A stretch of 60,408 bases of DNA from a virus (IMGVR_UViG_3300021961_000099:1-60408), one strand, 5' to 3'; counted from the stretch's first letter, positions 46,301 to 56,340 are shown. Made by a program: numbers and translations. Notes: generated by a model from the sequence alone, not told the origin.

Positions 46301-49055
46301 TAACAACAACTTGGTCATAAAAAGGTTGGGAGCCAGGAATTTGTGGATTTACTAAAGTTTTTATTTTATTTACACCTGTGTTAGGTCCACTTTGTGTTGT
46401 GGAATAAAAATATTTATCCCGAGTGTTAAATTCGTTTAGTTTCTGAGAGAAGGTTACCGAAGTTGGGAATGCAAAAAGTCTGTCGTCAGCACCTGAGTTT
46501 TTATCAGCACCGAATAAGAATGGTTGTGGTGCTTTCAATAAATAAGCCTCGTTTGGTATGTATCTATTTGGATCTGTGGAACTTAATACATCATATCCTG
46601 AAGCAATTCTTTTAAAATCAACAACTGCCTTGGTAACCACTTCAACTGTAATATCACCACCGCTAAATGTTGTAAGGAGTGAATCACATGAAAAAGGTTG
46701 ACCTTCAAAATTTGGGTGCTCTAAGTCATATGATCCTGAATAATTTATTGGAGCTATAAGACTATTAGGTGTTGATAAAACCGTATCGAAATTGTCTATT
46801 GATTCTTGTGATGCGGCGTAGTCAGCTGCCGCAATATTCAATTGATTAGTAATACTATTAGTATCAAAGTCATCTCCTAAATCCAAATTATTACAACTAC
46901 ACTCACAACTATTACAATCAGGATATGAAATCATGGGTAATCCAATTCTTGGGAAACCTTTTACTTTTATCGCCAAAATTATTGTAAATGCGGTGAATAG
47001 CGCTGCCAAAACCACTGAAAATGCTGCCCTTAATACTAAAACAAATTGTTGTAATATTAACCTAATAGATTTTATTAAAGCCCCAACATCTACTGTTGGT
47101 CCACCTAAGTTTGCCGAAATTATACTTGCTTGAGCTTCTATAACATTTGCCGCGTTATCAATTGCGGTCGCAGTATCTACAATTGCATTTCTTGTTAATA
47201 CAATACCTAATATTATTAAAACAAATTTGAGAATTGGCCAAGTGAATGCGACAAAATGTGATACATATAATAAAACAATTAATGGTACCACTAAAATGTT
47301 GATCAACAAATTGAACGCAAAAAATAGAGGGTCAAAATTTCTAATAATATCATTAACAGGAAATGTATTAACCGTCGATTTACAAGTCCTATTATCTATT
47401 TCTTTAATTCCCAAATGTTTACCCCTACCAAATCCGTTCTTATATCTGTCCAAAAACATCGCGGTAGTATACACTTTATTGTAACCAAATTCATAAAATG
47501 TGTCCTCACAATCGATCGCTTCCTGTACATTTACATAATCATCCCAATCAGTACTAAACGCATAAGACCTCAATAAATCAAAATAGTCTTGAGGTACATA
47601 GTTAAACTTGATTATTTGAGATTGAAGAGGATTCAAAGGGGTTGCAACAATTAAAAAAGTATCCCCCGCGGTAACAGGAATTGATTGTATTGATCCCGTA
47701 TAATTTACACCATTAATATAAACCGTATAACTTTCAGTATTGTCTAAAATAGGATTAATGAAACCACCTGAAATAGGAACTGTCACAGTAGATCCTGTCG
47801 TTTGTCCGGCAGGTATTGCGGGGTATGTGTAAATAGATGTACTATTCGGGTCAAATGGATCTTGACTTGAATTAGTCCAACCGTATTCTTTTATGTTAGG
47901 TACCAAAAAATCAGCCCTTTGATAGTTATTTTGAAGTCCTTGTTGATTTTGCCATTTGAATTTAAATCTATATTTTCCTTTTGTTGGAATACCTAATTTT
48001 GGATCGGTAGATATAACTTGTTGTCCAAATTCGTTTGTATAAATGTAATCCAAATTCATCGGTACATTAAGTAAATAAGTTCCATCTCCATCTATAACTT
48101 TACCACCATTTTCAATATCCCACCTTTCGAGTATTGGTAAACCGTTAGTGTCTGAATAGATTGTTTGTCTTATTGCCTGAATTTGTCCTGGTCCTGCGAC
48201 TAATTCACATAAATTACCGGTGTCATTTTTAGGTTTACAACTTACTTTGAGAGCATCGTCGTTGATGTTTGAGATTATGGATCCCATAAAAACTGCCGAT
48301 GGTTGTATTGTAACATTCGCCAATTTACTCAAGTCAAAATCAACTCTTGTTATACCAATCTGACAAAGATCTTCACTACCCCAAAAAGGACGAACATCGA
48401 CATCGTAAACTAAATTTTTAATTTGTGGTAAATTGACTAAATTTGTTGAAGACTGAAATCTTGCACCATTAACTTGAGATTCGGTTGCTAAACCTTGTAA
48501 AATAAGATCCTGTGGTGACAATGAAAAACAACCCATATCAGATAGGTCGATATCCATAACTAATGTTTGTTCACCCACAGGAACACCAAAGATCATAAAA
48601 TCACCACTCTCATTGGTCGTTACTGTAAATCTATAATATTTATCATACACTTCAATGTACGACGAATCCATCAAAATATCTGATTTGTTTGGGAAACTTC
48701 CAGTTGAGACATGCCCATTGTATGATGGTAGTTTTGGTAGTAGGTTGTATCTATAACCCTCCTCTGTTGTCGTTGTAATCGTTTTGAACGGGTAAAGTTC
48801 TGAAATTACGGGATCAAGTTCATCATTCGTATCCAAAGGAATAAAAACAGAAACTTTAGCATTTGGTAATCCGTAACCCCCATTTACAAAAACTCTACCT
48901 GTTACAACACCATAATCAGCACAAAATCTTGTGTAGACATTATTAGCAAGGATCTTCAAAGAAAGGATTTCCAAAGAGTCCCAATCTTGTTCTAAATTTA
49001 CATTGATATACTTATCAACACCGACTTCGGTTCTTATTCTATATGATTTAGGCAT
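43380..49055 (-). CDS. Very large baseplate-associated protein (1891 aa) with an N-terminal carboxypeptidase-regulatory-like beta domain and an internal hydrophobic hairpin
   Basis: VVTGRV..G.GLPNAKVSVF...TTNESGDFMIFGVPVG; hydrophobic segments around aa 575-700; TATTTAT upstream. Confidence 0.65.
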   Translation of the reverse strand: MPKSYRIRTEVGVDKYINVNLEQDWDSLEILSLKILANNVYTRFCADYGVVTGRVFVNGGYGLPNAKVSVFIPLDTNDELDPVISELYPFKTITTTTEEGYRYNLLPKLPSYNGHVSTGSFPNKSDILMDSSYIEVYDKYYRFTVTTNESGDFMIFGVPVGEQTLVMDIDLSDMGCFSLSPQDLILQGLATESQVNGARFQSSTNLVNLPQIKNLVYDVDVRPFWGSEDLCQIGITRVDFDLSKLANVTIQPSAVFMGSIISNINDDALKVSCKPKNDTGNLCELVAGPGQIQAIRQTIYSDTNGLPILERWDIENGGKVIDGDGTYLLNVPMNLDYIYTNEFGQQVISTDPKLGIPTKGKYRFKFKWQNQQGLQNNYQRADFLVPNIKEYGWTNSSQDPFDPNSTSIYTYPAIPAGQTTGSTVTVPISGGFINPILDNTESYTVYINGVNYTGSIQSIPVTAGDTFLIVATPLNPLQSQIIKFNYVPQDYFDLLRSYAFSTDWDDYVNVQEAIDCEDTFYEFGYNKVYTTAMFLDRYKNGFGRGKHLGIKEIDNRTCKSTVNTFPVNDIIRNFDPLFFAFNLLINILVVPLIVLLYVSHFVAFTWPILKFVLIILGIVLTRNAIVDTATAIDNAANVIEAQASIISANLGGPTVDVGALIKSIRLILQQFVLVLRAAFSVVLAALFTAFTIILAIKVKGFPRIGLPMISYPDCNSCECSCNNLDLGDDFDTNSITNQLNIAAADYAASQESIDNFDTVLSTPNSLIAPINYSGSYDLEHPNFEGQPFSCDSLLTTFSGGDITVEVVTKAVVDFKRIASGYDVLSSTDPNRYIPNEAYLLKAPQPFLFGADKNSGADDRLFAFPTSVTFSQKLNEFNTRDKYFYSTTQSGPNTGVNKIKTLVNPQIPGSQPFYDQVVVMLMTQGTTLQLGVGNLVVFQDPNYVDPNFSTPANRLTNLTGATINQFENNAITGTTITGTTGIVINYANPAGPTQGSLAANVIIVSPQVSQLPVQGNVNVEQSYLQYPTDTEYFQLITGMTYTNFIAQSNTGNTGFFPASYLLHDITCQVNGCGVSSLTYPNIISSLPNYQNYEICIFVRGVDPHTAKQPTIEYDLSRIFGKSFGSGPIVSGSYYLNYPIQGLSTGVKPVQHDSTTNIVNNLYFNSFTFTPNPSSYTAFTSNYPYYYLSTDDSLSATYSPYPLQWQTNAQSTINLQQTLLTGNYQLPISPVSYYTVGGTYIRWVNSITTSTQMFLQTGNSSSTPPCNASCQEGQYFNTQYTFYTGLNGQNGGNLTALYSPAYYRYTLPGVNFTSSSRIVMRSDRLPTSTYVQNGPTGTNTGYALHQNDNFAIYLTNGAEIQPTFSVGFDIFNGESVDSDPVLSALTETLSCEGMVPLQCYTGSGTNVGIVPQGDCVVPEDRMINGCYCLLNKDSKPPINIPFLGPRNFYLIRDAYWDDLRLFLEWKVRFTLNFAACRGVFGQVFQNNWINGVLYMFNFNKKTTFNIFAQPVYDYCDDVIMFNEITNTFHYRSSPWNGVNFIGKDSPTITATPLTNSLSLTTDMWGYNKKQIQFPTTITDLGPRDSFINEICCSSSEKGFGSYYANELKTTSYQDNSDIIQLGFLSRILNEGTRFRMQPKQNIENQTEGFGIIQFFNSTRGGSRIDGDFSQMLSINSEWEVSPFITENLPQPNPNQYIYFGDNTNNASLGALSPIDVKPVFGLFFSSSTSESRYRKIMSPGIETYSTTPLIQELFGYPKSQVVPHYKWQIAKPTQSIGLNNIFGSEDNNWVTNVLPQPANGGNGFFNKKYQELDFTSGQQKYQTTNTKLGFIASYDLNGNPLPYTPLSSILQGDPSLNPADAIVVGAPYHFYFGLNNGKTAIDRFYKLYVAFEE

Positions 49056-49132
49056 TAAAAAATCGTTTTTTCATAAATAGTTTATTTCCTATTTTCCTAG
49101 AAAAATACATCTATTACTGAAAAAATAAATCA

Positions 49133-50974
49133 CTATGAGAAATTAACAGATTTTAAATTAAGAACTCGTATATTAATGTCCTTGTTTGGGTATCTAATTT
49201 GATAAATTTGAGTTGGTGTTGCAAATAAGGTATCAGCTGACGGTTGAATTTGTCTTGTAAGTGGGTCTGAATAAGGCATAGATGTTTGACTTGATGAATA
49301 CTGGCCTCCAACTTGATTAAAAAACGAAATGTCGTTAATTGATACAATACCATTTTCAGATTGTATTAATCTTCTCAATTCCGATATATTAACATTTTGT
49401 CCTAAATTTCTGACTAAAGGGTTGAAAAACTCACTTACAATTTGGATTGTTTTTGCAATTATTGCACCTTGGTTTTGACTATTATCCAACACAACATCTA
49501 CGGTCACCGCTAAATCAATTGTTTCCGCAGCCTCGATAGATATGTAATCATTTATCATTCTGTAATTTGATAAATAGTTTGCAACATTTTGTTTCAAAGT
49601 GTTTGATACAACATTAGTCAAAGTACCACTTGAGTCATATGATAACATTTTGATTCTAATCTTATTATTTTCTTCTGTAATCGCAACCTTAGCAGGTGCT
49701 CCAAACTGAGCGGGCATTGTTCTCAAAATAGAGTTGTAGTCGTTAACAGTAACCGCTCGATTTTGCGCCGCGAAGTTGAACGAAACCATGTTTCTAACAT
49801 CTTCAGTTGTTGGTGGATTAGCACCTCCAATAGCTGCAGTTACATTATTACATTGGAGACTGTTGATTACATTCACATTTGCACTTTGAGACGGTCCATT
49901 TACCGCAAATGACACCGTTCCAATTTGATTAATTGTATTAATACCAACATTACTTGATAGTCCTCCACCGATTCTGTATTGAACAAACAAAGTCGAGTTA
50001 GAGGTTAAAGCAGCTCCCATAGCATAGTTATTTGTGTATCGACTTAAATCGAAACCCTTACCATCTCGAGCAAATTCTCTTAATTGTTCTTCGGCCGAAA
50101 TATTACCACCCCCAAAAGTTAATTTACAGAAACCTTGTGGTGTATATTCAGAGATAAACTTATTCGATGTGGTTATGTATGTTCCAACTTTTATACCCGG
50201 TTGATCAGAAACTTTTGTTGGGTCTTCAACAAATACTCTGTCCTGAACTAGTGCATCCACTTCAAACCATCTTTCAGGTCCTATAGTTAAGAAATCTTGA
50301 GGATTAGGGATTGTTGAGTATTGTGTGCCAGGTTTTAACAATGCACTTGTAATACCTAATACATTTTTTTCAGGAAGAAATAGTTCCAAGTATGGTCTCA
50401 CATCATTAGGTGTGATTACTCTTTTAAATACTTTTGTAATACCGTTTACAACTACCTCCCTTTTAACAATCGTATAACTCAGAAGTTTACCGCTTGAATC
50501 AAAATTAGGGATTTTTACTCTATTGGGAGATCCCTCCGCATTTATAGGTGATGCAAAATCAATATCATAAACGGTTTCAAATGGTTGACCGGCACCATTT
50601 ACTTGTGATCCTCTCCTTAAAACACCACAATATCTAAGGTCTTCTCTATCTCCAAAAGCAGGTACCGTGATTGAAAAATCAACCAAAGCAACTGATGGTC
50701 TTTGTCCTGGTACTTTTAGACCATAAGTTCTCGCAATATTGAATACAGAATTTTTTTGTTGAGCAAACTGAAGTACGGTTTCCTGAATACTTCTATCGAT
50801 TTGATAATTAAGATTATCAGTTACCGCCGCATTCAAATCTAACATCACAGAAAAAATACCTGCGTCGTTGAAGTTTTGAACTAAATCTGGGTAGTAAGTT
50901 CTTGTAAAATTTATAAGTTCTGTTCTTACCCCTTGGAAGTCCCTAACAGTATAGGAAATCTTTTTTTCAGCCAT
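49133..50974 (-). CDS. Baseplate wedge protein (T4 gp6 / P2 gpJ-like)
   Basis: RDFQGVRTEL, LTFGGG, YRIGGG..SNV, GGANP and AQNRAVTVNDY motifs; next to gp25; likely start MAEKK. Confidence 0.88.
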   Translation of the reverse strand: MAEKKISYTVRDFQGVRTELINFTRTYYPDLVQNFNDAGIFSVMLDLNAAVTDNLNYQIDRSIQETVLQFAQQKNSVFNIARTYGLKVPGQRPSVALVDFSITVPAFGDREDLRYCGVLRRGSQVNGAGQPFETVYDIDFASPINAEGSPNRVKIPNFDSSGKLLSYTIVKREVVVNGITKVFKRVITPNDVRPYLELFLPEKNVLGITSALLKPGTQYSTIPNPQDFLTIGPERWFEVDALVQDRVFVEDPTKVSDQPGIKVGTYITTSNKFISEYTPQGFCKLTFGGGNISAEEQLREFARDGKGFDLSRYTNNYAMGAALTSNSTLFVQYRIGGGLSSNVGINTINQIGTVSFAVNGPSQSANVNVINSLQCNNVTAAIGGANPPTTEDVRNMVSFNFAAQNRAVTVNDYNSILRTMPAQFGAPAKVAITEENNKIRIKMLSYDSSGTLTNVVSNTLKQNVANYLSNYRMINDYISIEAAETIDLAVTVDVVLDNSQNQGAIIAKTIQIVSEFFNPLVRNLGQNVNISELRRLIQSENGIVSINDISFFNQVGGQYSSSQTSMPYSDPLTRQIQPSADTLFATPTQIYQIRYPNKDINIRVLNLKSVNFS

Positions 50975-50980
50975 ATACAA

Positions 50981-51439
50981 TTAAATATTTAATATTATAA
51001 AATCTTGTGATTCGAAAGCCGAGTCTGTAATTTTATAGTCAATTTTTATTCTTGCGGTGTGTTCCAAAGTTGATATGTTTGTGACCTTAAATTCTCTTTC
51101 ACCGTATTGGTTGAGTGTGTATCCTTTATTTTCTAATCCTAAAGATGCTGGTTCAACAGTAATATTTGTAACTTGTAAATTCGGCATATAAGTTGCTACA
51201 GTATCTCTAATTTCTGATTCTATATCGGAAAAAGTTGGTCCATCTAAAGGTTCAAAAATATATTCATACAACCTCGTACCAAAATCAGGTAAAAAATATC
51301 TACTACCTTTACGAGTTAATAATAGATGTACAAGATTAGATCTTATTTCACCCTCAGTAGTGTTTGTTACATCCAAATATCTTCCAGTGAATGAATCCAC
51401 GAAAGGAAAAGAAATACCATAAGTAATACCATTTGACAT
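50981..51439 (-). CDS. Baseplate gp25/GPW-like protein
   Basis: GISFPF...IRSNLVHLLLTRKGSRYFLPDFGTRLYEYIFEP. Confidence 0.92.
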   Translation of the reverse strand: MSNGITYGISFPFVDSFTGRYLDVTNTTEGEIRSNLVHLLLTRKGSRYFLPDFGTRLYEYIFEPLDGPTFSDIESEIRDTVATYMPNLQVTNITVEPASLGLENKGYTLNQYGEREFKVTNISTLEHTARIKIDYKITDSAFESQDFIILNI

Positions 51440-51474
51440 ATTACTTATAAATATAAGTCAGGCTTTTTTTAAGT

Positions 51475-51506
51475 AAAAAAAAAATCACTACTTTGATAGT
51501 GATTTT
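51475..51506 (-). terminator. Intrinsic terminator after nrdA
   Basis: AAAATCACTA-ctttga-TAGTGATTTT with a long A-tract on the left. Confidence 0.75.
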
Positions 51507-51517
51507 AATTTGAGATT

Positions 51518-53947
51518 TTAAGATGAACATCCAAAACATTCGAAATCAGAATTTTCAGGTCTTGGTGGTAAATTCAAATGTGAATAATCAATTTTTGGTA
51601 CTTCAATACTAGGTTTTGGTTTTTCTTTTTTGGATATATCTACAGCTAAATGTTTTGCCCCTGTTGAAATCGCTTTGGTTCTAACATAGTAACAAAGAGT
51701 CTTTAAACCACTTTCCCAAGAATGAAAATGTGATGAGGTTATTTTCGATAGTGTTGGATTGGACATATAGATATTCATTGATTGTGATTGATCTATAAAT
51801 GGTGCCCTATCTGCCGCCATATCAATTAATTGTTTTTGAGATATCTCCCAAATTGTTTTGTACTTAGGAATTAAATGTTCGATTCTTTTAACTTTTTTGT
51901 TATAATTCTTGTCCTCAGGATCTAAATAATTGTTGAAATTAATATTTTGAATAGACCCTTCGTTTAGAATTATTTCATTCTTGAGATCTTCACTCCAAAT
52001 ACCAATCTTTTCGAAATCATTAATTAGGTACTTATTAACAATCATAATTTCTCCACCAACAACTCTTCTATTGAAGATTGCTGAATGAGCCGGTTCTGTC
52101 ATTTCATAAGAACCTGTAATTTTAGCTGAAGACGCCACAGGCATTTGTGCTGTAAATAATGAATTACAAACCCCATAATTTTTAACATTTTCTTTCAACT
52201 TACTCCAATCCCATAATCCTGATAGATTTGATTCATCAACACCCCACATGTCAAACTGAAATTTTCCTTGCGACATTGGTGATCCATCAAAGAAGGAATA
52301 AGGTTTGTACTTGTTATTAATACAAAGTTGATTACTTTCATAAATTGCCGCGTAATAGATTGTTTCAAATATATCACGATTAAGTTTTTTTGCATCTTCA
52401 GAGGTAAAAATATAATCCATGAGATAGAAGACATCCGCCAAACCTTGCGTACCAATAGCAATTGCCCTTTGTTCCAAACCTCCTTTTCTACCTTTATCTG
52501 TAGAATAATTGTTTATATCAACAACTTTATTCAAAGATCTTACAACTTTTCTTACTTCAGTAAAAAGTAATTCAAAATCAAATTTTCCTGATTTTATGAA
52601 ATTTTTTAACACCATAGAAGAAAGTGTACAAATTGCTGTAGTTTCTTCATCAGTGTATTGGTAAATTTCATTACACAAGTTTGATTGTTTTATTACACCA
52701 ATGTTTTGATGGTTGGATTTTTTGTTGGCGTTGTCTTTAGAACATAAATAAGGTACACCAGTTTCAACTTGTGATTCAATAATTTTGGTCCAAATATCTT
52801 GAGCTTTAACTTTCTTACCTAAACCCATTAATACCGCTTGATTATAAACATTTTCATATTCATCACCATAACATTCTTGTAGTGGTTTTAAACCTGACTT
52901 TTTAATGTCATTTGGGCAAAATAGATACCAGTCTGAGTTATTTTTTACCGACCTCATAAAATTGTCAGGAATCCAAAGTGCCGTAAAAAGATCTCGTGCT
53001 CTCAACTCTTCAGCCCCCGTGTTCTTTTTTATGTCCAACAAATCAAAAATATCTTTGTGCCAAGGCTCAATGTAAATTGCTGCTGAGCCAGGTCTTCGAC
53101 CTTGTTGATTAAAGAATCTCAATGATTCGTTCACTATTTTTAGATATTTTAATAATCCACCTGCATATCCTCCTGAACTTGATATTCTACTTTCTTTACT
53201 ACGGATATTAGACATTGATAATCCAATACCAGCGGCATCAGATGAAAAAGTTGAGATATCTGTTAGTGTGTCCAACAAACCTTTTCTTGAATCCGCATCG
53301 TTATAATGTAATACACAAGATGCCAACTGAGGAACTTTCGTGCCTGAGTTAATCATGATAGGTGTTGCCTTTGAAATCAATTGGTTTGATAATGATTGGT
53401 AGTACTCAAGGGCATCTGTAATGTTTGTAGTGACCCACAACGCAACTCTCATATACATGTGTTGTGGTCTTTCGATTACTCTACCATTAGGTTTTTTTAA
53501 CAAGTACATTTCTTGTAAGGATCTCCATGCAAAATAATCAAAATTGTAATCATTATCATGATTAATTGCTGCGTCAATAGTATCTTCACCATATTCTTTG
53601 ATTGTCTCAATTAATTTTTCATTAATTATACCATCACTATATAATTCAAACATAGTTTCAGAAAAACTATCTTTAGTTTCTTTGTGATATGATGAAATTG
53701 CAACAGAAGATGCTAACCTTGAGTAGTCGTGGTGGCTACCAGTGTAAGATGCCGCAATCTCGTAAACAAGTTTATCTAACTCTTTTGTGGTAACTTCACC
53801 TTCTGTGGGTACTGATGTAATTACTTTGATGAATATTTCATCTGAATTAACATTTAAACCCTTAGATGATCTTTTAACTCTGTTATAAATTTTTTGAGGA
53901 TTGAATGATACTACCTCACCGTTTCTTTTGATTATTTTTAATGACAT
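51518..53947 (-). CDS. nrdA: Ribonucleotide reductase class Ia alpha subunit with ATP cone
   Basis: IIKRNG ATP cone, ATP..NSG..QLASC, SNLCNEI, TAQMPVASS, DQSQS, KTLCYY, C-terminal CFGCSS. Confidence 0.97.
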   Translation of the reverse strand: MSLKIIKRNGEVVSFNPQKIYNRVKRSSKGLNVNSDEIFIKVITSVPTEGEVTTKELDKLVYEIAASYTGSHHDYSRLASSVAISSYHKETKDSFSETMFELYSDGIINEKLIETIKEYGEDTIDAAINHDNDYNFDYFAWRSLQEMYLLKKPNGRVIERPQHMYMRVALWVTTNITDALEYYQSLSNQLISKATPIMINSGTKVPQLASCVLHYNDADSRKGLLDTLTDISTFSSDAAGIGLSMSNIRSKESRISSSGGYAGGLLKYLKIVNESLRFFNQQGRRPGSAAIYIEPWHKDIFDLLDIKKNTGAEELRARDLFTALWIPDNFMRSVKNNSDWYLFCPNDIKKSGLKPLQECYGDEYENVYNQAVLMGLGKKVKAQDIWTKIIESQVETGVPYLCSKDNANKKSNHQNIGVIKQSNLCNEIYQYTDEETTAICTLSSMVLKNFIKSGKFDFELLFTEVRKVVRSLNKVVDINNYSTDKGRKGGLEQRAIAIGTQGLADVFYLMDYIFTSEDAKKLNRDIFETIYYAAIYESNQLCINNKYKPYSFFDGSPMSQGKFQFDMWGVDESNLSGLWDWSKLKENVKNYGVCNSLFTAQMPVASSAKITGSYEMTEPAHSAIFNRRVVGGEIMIVNKYLINDFEKIGIWSEDLKNEIILNEGSIQNINFNNYLDPEDKNYNKKVKRIEHLIPKYKTIWEISQKQLIDMAADRAPFIDQSQSMNIYMSNPTLSKITSSHFHSWESGLKTLCYYVRTKAISTGAKHLAVDISKKEKPKPSIEVPKIDYSHLNLPPRPENSDFECFGCSS

Positions 53948-53957
53948 ATTATTTAAA

Positions 53958-54905
53958 TTAGAAGTCGTCTGTAAATGTTATTGTTTCGTTTAACTTAGCT
54001 TTTTGGTATTCCATGGTTCTCGATTCGAAAAAATTTCCTTTAGTTTCAACAGCAATTTGTTCCATGAACTTGAATGGTTGATCAACATTGAACTGTTTTG
54101 AGCAACCCATTTTGACAAGTAGTCCATCAACCACAAATTCAAGATATTGTTTCATAAGGTTTGAATTCATACCAATTAAAGAAACTGGTAGTGATTCAGT
54201 AATAAATTCTTTCTCAATCTCTAATGCGGATAATAAAATTTCTTTTATCTTTTTTTCAGATGGTTTATTTTCTAAATGATTATTCAACAAATGAATTGCA
54301 AAATCACAATGTAAATTTTCATCTTTGAAAATTAAGGAATTAGCGTTACACAAACCTTGCATGATACCTCTTGATTTTAACCAAAAAATTGAACAGAAAG
54401 AACCTGAAAAGAATATACCTTCGACTGCGGCAAAGGCCACTAACCTTTCAGCAAAAGAAGCTTTTTCAATCCAATCTAACGCCCACTTTGCCTTTTTTTG
54501 AACCGCCGGCAGTCTATCAATTGCGTTGAAACACTCGTCTTTTTCTTTAGGGTTACTAATGTAAGTATCAATTAATAATGAATACATCAATGAGTGAATG
54601 TTCTCCATTGCCAACTGAAAACCATAGAAGAACTTTGCTTCAGGATATTGGACTTCTCTATAGAAATTTTCTGCCAAATTTTCATTCACAATACCATCAG
54701 AAGCTGCGAAGAATGATAAAACATTTTTAACAAAATATTTTTCGTTTTCTGTTAAGTTTTCCCAATCTCTGATGTCATTAGTTAAATCTACCTCTTCGGC
54801 AGTCCAAAACGCTGCTTGGTGTTGTTTGTAATATTCCCAAATATCATTATGTTCGATAGGGAAGATGACGAACCGACCAGGATTTTCAACTAGTATTTTT
54901 TCCAT
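53958..54905 (-). CDS. nrdB: Ribonucleotide reductase class Ia beta subunit
   Basis: [47 protein letters not shown]. Confidence 0.97.
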   Translation of the reverse strand: MEKILVENPGRFVIFPIEHNDIWEYYKQHQAAFWTAEEVDLTNDIRDWENLTENEKYFVKNVLSFFAASDGIVNENLAENFYREVQYPEAKFFYGFQLAMENIHSLMYSLLIDTYISNPKEKDECFNAIDRLPAVQKKAKWALDWIEKASFAERLVAFAAVEGIFFSGSFCSIFWLKSRGIMQGLCNANSLIFKDENLHCDFAIHLLNNHLENKPSEKKIKEILLSALEIEKEFITESLPVSLIGMNSNLMKQYLEFVVDGLLVKMGCSKQFNVDQPFKFMEQIAVETKGNFFESRTMEYQKAKLNETITFTDDF

Positions 54906-54923
54906 TTTATTAAATTTTTTTTG

Positions 54924-56306
54924 TTAATTAGTTTGTGTTTCTTTTTGTTTTCTTTTTTCAAGAAGCTCTCTAACTCTTTGTCGTTGTCTTTCTTCTTTTT
55001 GCTCTTCTAAACCAAGGAAGGTCATTGAGCTTTCAGTATCAATATCAATCATAGCGTTGTCAAACTTACAATTTTCAAATACAACACCATCATCACCGAT
55101 ACGAGATTTAGTAATTGCAATAGTCGCCAACTTAAGTTCTTTTTGTTGTAGTGTTTTAGCCACCGATATGATGACATGACCTACTTGTGCTTTTTTGATG
55201 GATCCACCCATTTGATCTGTGGTTACCACTTCAGACGATATTGATGATCGGTTACCTTGTGTTGCGGTCCAACCAACTATATTCATCTCGTGACACATTG
55301 CTTCGAATGCTCTCATTACCGATCCCTCACTTTTCCATTCATCACCAAGATTCTTATCAGGAACAACACAGTCAATATAGTCTAATACTACCATATCAAT
55401 CTTAATTCCGTCAGAAACCATTTTTCTAATTTGATTTTTAATTTGTAACATCGTCATCGTATCAGATGGAAGTTTTTTCAAAATCAACTTATTCGGCATT
55501 GAGTCTTCAATCTCTTTTACTTTAGCCATGACCTCATCCTTTTTTTCTGACAAATCGTCAGGATGTATTTTGGTCCAAAGGGTAAAGTGTTTTCTTTGGA
55601 TTACCTTTGAGTTATCCTCAAAAAAGATTTGAAGGACATTAAAACCAAGATTAAATGCGTGATTTGCCATCTTAGTTAAAATTGTTGACTTACCAACACC
55701 CGTAGGAGCTAAGATAACGCCAATTTCTCCTTTTGCCAAACCTCCTTTCAATAATCTGTCGATACCTGGTATACCCATTGGGACAGGGTGTCTATAGTCC
55801 TCTTCAAGAACTTGATCGAGGTTTGAGAATACATCCAATATTGATGTATCTTTTGATCCCACTTGAAGTGCGGTTTTTACCATTTCTTCAAGGGTGTCAT
55901 AACTTTCAAACTCACCTCCATCGATTATCTTTTGAGCTTTACTCATAACCTTTTGAAGTTCTTGTTGTTTACAGAACTTTAAAGCCTTTTCTTGGACAAA
56001 ACCTACTCCGTCGATAGGAGCATCTTTAATTTTCTTAATTGTATCCAAAACAATCTTGGATGCGGTTGCTTGTTGTAACTCAGACTTAGTAATTTGTTCT
56101 AATGTTTCGAACGATGGTGTGTGATCATATTTAAGATAATACTCTTTCACCATTTGTATAATTATTTTGAAGTACTTGTTTTCAAAATAATTGTTTTCAA
56201 TAACATCAAGAATTGAGTGTGAAAAGTCTTTATCTACAACAATTTGATTTAATAATTGTAACTGAAATGTGTTCCCTAAATATTCAAAGTTTTTGCTAGT
56301 CGCCAT
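54924..56306 (-). CDS. dnaB: Replicative DNA helicase (DnaB / T4 gp41-like)
   Basis: Walker A APTGVGKS, VLDYID, WTATQGNR, KSRIG. Confidence 0.92.
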   Translation of the reverse strand: MATSKNFEYLGNTFQLQLLNQIVVDKDFSHSILDVIENNYFENKYFKIIIQMVKEYYLKYDHTPSFETLEQITKSELQQATASKIVLDTIKKIKDAPIDGVGFVQEKALKFCKQQELQKVMSKAQKIIDGGEFESYDTLEEMVKTALQVGSKDTSILDVFSNLDQVLEEDYRHPVPMGIPGIDRLLKGGLAKGEIGVILAPTGVGKSTILTKMANHAFNLGFNVLQIFFEDNSKVIQRKHFTLWTKIHPDDLSEKKDEVMAKVKEIEDSMPNKLILKKLPSDTMTMLQIKNQIRKMVSDGIKIDMVVLDYIDCVVPDKNLGDEWKSEGSVMRAFEAMCHEMNIVGWTATQGNRSSISSEVVTTDQMGGSIKKAQVGHVIISVAKTLQQKELKLATIAITKSRIGDDGVVFENCKFDNAMIDIDTESSMTFLGLEEQKEERQRQRVRELLEKRKQKETQTN

Positions 56307-56340
56307 ATTTTTTTTTCTCCTTTAGTAAAGATAAATAGTA

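Larger units (their letters stand above)
625..56337. promoter_or_regulatory. Dispersed putative late-promoter motif TATTTAT, 4-30 nt upstream of start codons
   Basis: Minus-strand copies at 625, 2182, 3996, 10333, 14450, 29195, 31299, 33221, 39566, 49073, 51447 and 56331; plus-strand copies at 23988 and 4883, before the plus-strand genes. Confidence 0.75.

Noticed and set aside
35654-51439. Bacterial extracellular contractile injection system or tailocin
   Set aside because: The baseplate genes are embedded among phage replication genes, with no bacterial housekeeping context.
56316-56323. AAAGGAG Shine-Dalgarno-like site before the helicase
   Set aside because: A single instance among otherwise A-rich leaders; it could be chance, so it is not treated as a regulatory finding.
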